Shown here in pieces: positions 60,622-64,000 of a stretch of DNA of 64,000 bases. The translations under genes and the position numbers were made by a program. The DNA lies in contig JBMOLF010000010.1 of assembly GCA_049325595.1 (NCBI GenBank), positions 192,001 to 256,000 of the forward strand, given 5' to 3'. The DNA comes from Candidatus Babelota bacterium (GTDB lineage Bacteria; Babelota; Babeliae; Babelales; Vermiphilaceae). Position 1 is the first letter of the stretch; every line of letters begins with the position of its first letter. A model generated the notes under the pieces. The model made no database searches and was not told where the DNA came from. It was given only the letters and a program-made list of their open reading frames with translations.

Positions 60622-61476
60622 TTAGTTATTGGTTCTTTGCTTTTTTAACACCTCTTGAGTAAACCTCATAGCGGGGATTGCAGATAAAAATACTATATTA
60701 CGCCAAAAAATATCTTTGAGTGTTGCAAGTCCTTTAATTCCTTGTTGTTTATAAATTTGATTAAAAGCTTTTAGAGCTGAGATATTATTTTTTTGTGCTT
60801 TTGTTTTAATTTTATCTACAGGGGTGCTTAAGGTTGCAGTGACTAAAGCTACTGGTATGCTACCCCCTAAAGAATATAAAGCAGGATTTTGAGTTGGCAA
60901 ATTTACAAGCTGTGCAGCACGATCTGAAAATAAAAAACCTGCTGAAAACATTTCTCGTATTCCCGTTACGCTAACATTTCGATAAACATTGGAAAATTTA
61001 CTACTGCGAATAGCACGCCAAAGAGTCGTTTTAAGATCTTGTTGTTTGAGTGTATAATAATCTGCGGGACATACAATAATAGCAGATGCTATGCCCGCCC
61101 CCATTACTGCACTTACTTCTTCCAGCGCAGATAATTCATAAGATGATTTATGATAAATATATTTTTCGATTGTAACCTTAAGAGGTGTTTGAACCACGGT
61201 CCCCAGCGTTAAACTTGCTGTAAATGGTATCACGCCTCGTCTCAATTCATAAGTGCTTTTCATCAAATTTCTAATAACAGTGTAGCGGTTATCTTTCAAG
61301 TAAATTGGTTGATTACTGTAGCTTTTATTTTTAGCGGCATTAGGAAGTTGTGCGGCTAAACTACCAGCTATACCCATAATGCTTCCATCAATAATAGCAG
61401 AGTTGATTTCATTGTGTTCTGATCCATAGATTACCGCTGTAAAACTAACTAAAATAAAAATAAAATGTTTATGCAT
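60622..61476 (-). CDS. mitochondrial carrier family (SLC25/MCF)-like protein with N-terminal signal sequence
   Basis: Three repeats of about 90 aa; PVDKIKTK perfect signature, PADYYTLK, IYKQQGIKGL, YR, RRG. Confidence 0.8.
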   Translation of the reverse strand: MHKHFIFILVSFTAVIYGSEHNEINSAIIDGSIMGIAGSLAAQLPNAAKNKSYSNQPIYLKDNRYTVIRNLMKSTYELRRGVIPFTASLTLGTVVQTPLKVTIEKYIYHKSSYELSALEEVSAVMGAGIASAIIVCPADYYTLKQQDLKTTLWRAIRSSKFSNVYRNVSVTGIREMFSAGFLFSDRAAQLVNLPTQNPALYSLGGSIPVALVTATLSTPVDKIKTKAQKNNISALKAFNQIYKQQGIKGLATLKDIFWRNIVFLSAIPAMRFTQEVLKKQRTNN

Positions 61477-61490
61477 GATTTGTCTCTTGT

Positions 61491-62465
61491 TTATATAAGC
61501 TTAATCCAAGGCTCTAAATCATTAGGAATTTTTAAATTTAATTCTTTTAATGTTTTTTTATTGACTAATAAAATGTCTTTTGGTGCATGGGCTATGGCTA
61601 TTTCATAGGGTTTTTTTTGATAGGTTAATATTTCAAAGGCGGCAATGGCAGCCTGCATGCCATTAGTTTCATAATCTATTCCATACGATGCAATAATGCC
61701 TGGAAATGAAATTAATGCATTGTCACATACCCATATAGGTTTTTTTGTTTTGCTTGCTCGTTGCGTAATGGTTTGAATCATCGAAGATAGGGTATTGTCT
61801 GTTGGTATAAATAAAACATCTGCATTATGTAAAGCATTATCAATAGCGGCATACAATGTTGAATCTGCGTCAAAAACAATTTCAAGTGGATTGAGTCCTG
61901 CAGCAAGCATAGCATCGATTAACTTTTTAGAAATCATTCTAGAATTTTGTTCAACAGCGGTATACATAATAGCAACTGTTTTTACTTGCGGCATTAACTG
62001 CTTAAGATAATTAATGTGATAGCTCGGATCGGTCATATCTGAGCTGCCGGTAATATTGGTTTGGTTATAAGCAAGCCCTAATTCATGTGGATCTGATACA
62101 GCTGCTACAATAATAGGTTTTTCTTTTTCAAATTCGGCAATTGCTTGAGCTGCAGGTGTTCCCAATGCACATATGAGATTGACTGTTTGATTTTCATGAA
62201 AGTTTTTAGCTATAGTTTGAATTTGTGAATAAGATCCATAGGCATTGAAATGGACAAAGTCAACTGAGGTTCCAAGTCTTTCTGTTAGTGTTTTGATAAA
62301 TCCTTCACGGGCAAGATCTAATGCTGGATGAGAAGTGGTTTGTATAATACCAATAGTATATTGTGGTTTGCCATCTCGCTTTTCTAAATTTATTTGAATA
62401 ATAACAACACCAACAATGGCAGTTATTACAAAGGCGATCAAAAATAGAGCAGATCGATTCTTCAT
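61491..62465 (-). CDS. ABC-type solute-binding protein (ABC_sub_bind family), TM-anchored
   Basis: HPALDLAREGF, TPAAQA, AVSDP, NITG.SD, EQNS, PTDN. Confidence 0.88.
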   Translation of the reverse strand: MKNRSALFLIAFVITAIVGVVIIQINLEKRDGKPQYTIGIIQTTSHPALDLAREGFIKTLTERLGTSVDFVHFNAYGSYSQIQTIAKNFHENQTVNLICALGTPAAQAIAEFEKEKPIIVAAVSDPHELGLAYNQTNITGSSDMTDPSYHINYLKQLMPQVKTVAIMYTAVEQNSRMISKKLIDAMLAAGLNPLEIVFDADSTLYAAIDNALHNADVLFIPTDNTLSSMIQTITQRASKTKKPIWVCDNALISFPGIIASYGIDYETNGMQAAIAAFEILTYQKKPYEIAIAHAPKDILLVNKKTLKELNLKIPNDLEPWIKLI

Positions 62466-62579
62466 TGCTAAATTCCTGTAAATTACAATCTAGGGTATAC
62501 TCGCCTCAAATATAATTTAGTTTATAATTTTTTACCAAGAAAAAATTCATAATATTTTTTTTAAGATGAAAGAGTTGCG

Positions 62580-63044
62580 ATGCCAAATTATAAAGGTCAT
62601 TTATGTGGTGGAATAGCTATATATGGCTTAACTTTATTTTTAATTTCGCATTATTTGTATGCCCCAAACTTTATAACCAGTTTGGAGTGGCTATTTTTTG
62701 CGTGTGCAGGTGCACTATTTCCTGATGTTGACACTAAAAGCAAAGGCCAGAAATGGTATTTTAGATTCCTATTTATTTTATTACTCTACGCATTATGTAC
62801 CAATTATACTTATGGTATGTGGTTTGCTATGTTTTGTATTGTGCTACCATTGACGGTTAAGCATCGAGGGATGTTTCATCGAATATGGTTTGTTGTTGGT
62901 ATTCCAGTGGCAGCTGGGCTGATATCATGTGCGTATATACCCTGGTGCCGTACTGTTATCTGGTACGACACTTTATTTTTTATACTCGGTGCTCTGTCAC
63001 ACATATGGCTAGATTTAGGATTAAAACGTATGTTTAGATGGTAA
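62580..63044 (+). CDS. YdjM-like membrane metal-dependent hydrolase
   Basis: GH, GALFPDVD, HRGMFH, SHIWLD. Confidence 0.88.
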   Translation: MPNYKGHLCGGIAIYGLTLFLISHYLYAPNFITSLEWLFFACAGALFPDVDTKSKGQKWYFRFLFILLLYALCTNYTYGMWFAMFCIVLPLTVKHRGMFHRIWFVVGIPVAAGLISCAYIPWCRTVIWYDTLFFILGALSHIWLDLGLKRMFRW

Positions 63045-64000
63045 TCTATTGGTAAATTTAGAAATAACTTTTATTAAAATAAAACCAATAATAAAACCAG
63101 GTAACATTTCGTTAACATGGAACCCAAAAATAAGCGGATTAATTAAACGCCAAATTATAGCTGTTAATCCTCCAGCAAAAATACCAGCTAATGCGCCATA
63201 CTTATTAATATTATGTCCATAAAGTGATAATACTGTTAATGGGCCAAATGAAGCTCCCAGTCCACTCCAAGCAAATTGAACAAGCCCAAATATAGTGCTT
63301 TCTTCATTCCACGAAGTAATAAAAGCAGCTAAAGCAATAACTATAATCGAGCTTCTAAATATGCGTATTAATTCTTTTTGAGATGCGTTGATACGATATT
63401 TTTTCTTGTAAAGATCATCTGTGATAATTCCGGCTAAAACAAGCATCTGTGCATTCATCGTAGAAAGTGTTGCTGATAAAATACCACACAAAATGAGTCC
63501 AGCAATAAACGGGGTAAATAATTGAAGCGCCATGGAAATAAATAATTGTCGCTCAGGGTTAATAAGCGGATAATTAAAAAACGCTAGAGCAGCAAATCCA
63601 GATAATGCAGCGCCAGATAATGCAAGTATTTGCCAGGTTAATCCTATATATTTAGATTTATGCATTTCAGTAACATTTTTAGCACCCATAAACTTAGATA
63701 AAATATGTGGCATACCAAGGTAACCAAGTCCCCAAGCTATTGGATCTAATAAAATTGCAATAAATTGTTTAAAACTTGGAATAAGTTCTAATGATAATTG
63801 CTTATGATGAGCAGCTGTTATGATAGGAGCTATTCCGCCAACTGATTTTATTGCAAATAAAGGAGTAATCAGCACAACGCCCAACAAAAAAATTCCTTGA
63901 AAAAAATCAACCCATGCTGCTGCAAGATAACCCCCCATAAAGGTATAGGTTAGTGTAACAACAATAGCAAGCGTGCTTCCGATATGATAAGGAATACCAA
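63021..64000 (-). CDS. putP: sodium/proline symporter (SSS family), 5' end outside the window
   Basis: GGYLAAAWVDFFQG, WGLGYLGMPHILSKFM, AWSGLGASFGP; frame stays open to the window edge. Confidence 0.9.
   Translation of the reverse strand, partial: GIPYHIGSTLAIVVTLTYTFMGGYLAAAWVDFFQGIFLLGVVLITPLFAIKSVGGIAPIITAAHHKQLSLELIPSFKQFIAILLDPIAWGLGYLGMPHILSKFMGAKNVTEMHKSKYIGLTWQILALSGAALSGFAALAFFNYPLINPERQLFISMALQLFTPFIAGLILCGILSATLSTMNAQMLVLAGIITDDLYKKKYRINASQKELIRIFRSSIIVIALAAFITSWNEESTIFGLVQFAWSGLGASFGPLTVLSLYGHNINKYGALAGIFAGGLTAIIWRLINPLIFGFHVNEMLPGFIIGFILIKVISKFTNRLPSKHTF

Overview
AT-rich bacterial chromosome segment (standard genetic code, densely coded) with mostly housekeeping genes. It holds tRNA-Val, rpsO-pnp-rph-holA, a cdaA/cdaR/glmM-type cluster, trpS, uvrD, hflX, ffh-rpsP-trmD-rplS, murC, yidC-recR, rplM, and one continuous str-S10-spc-alpha ribosomal supercluster (28.7-48.3 kb). 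After that come sbcC, pgm-nfo-gap, tRNA-Ile2, rnhA, a SpoIID protein and amino-acid transport genes. Gene loss (no rpmD, rimM or rpsI at their usual positions), many signal-peptide orphans and a eukaryotic-type protein suggest a reduced, host-associated bacterium. My inference is a protist parasite of the Dependentiae/Babelota (TM6) type. I saw no CRISPR array, IS element, integrase or rRNA gene. The strongest leads are: (1) a signal-peptide-bearing mitochondrial carrier (SLC25/MCF) homolog next to an orphan solute-binding protein; (2) a CdaA diadenylate cyclase homolog that has lost both catalytic motifs but keeps its operon; (3) three tandem paralogous secreted proteins; (4) a secreted TIKI/TraB/RRSP-like protein; (5) a TrmD-second-SPOUT fusion; (6) remodelled core proteins (YidC groove, S4 N-terminus, GAPDH cofactor site). 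All family calls come from motif recognition by eye. No database search was run.
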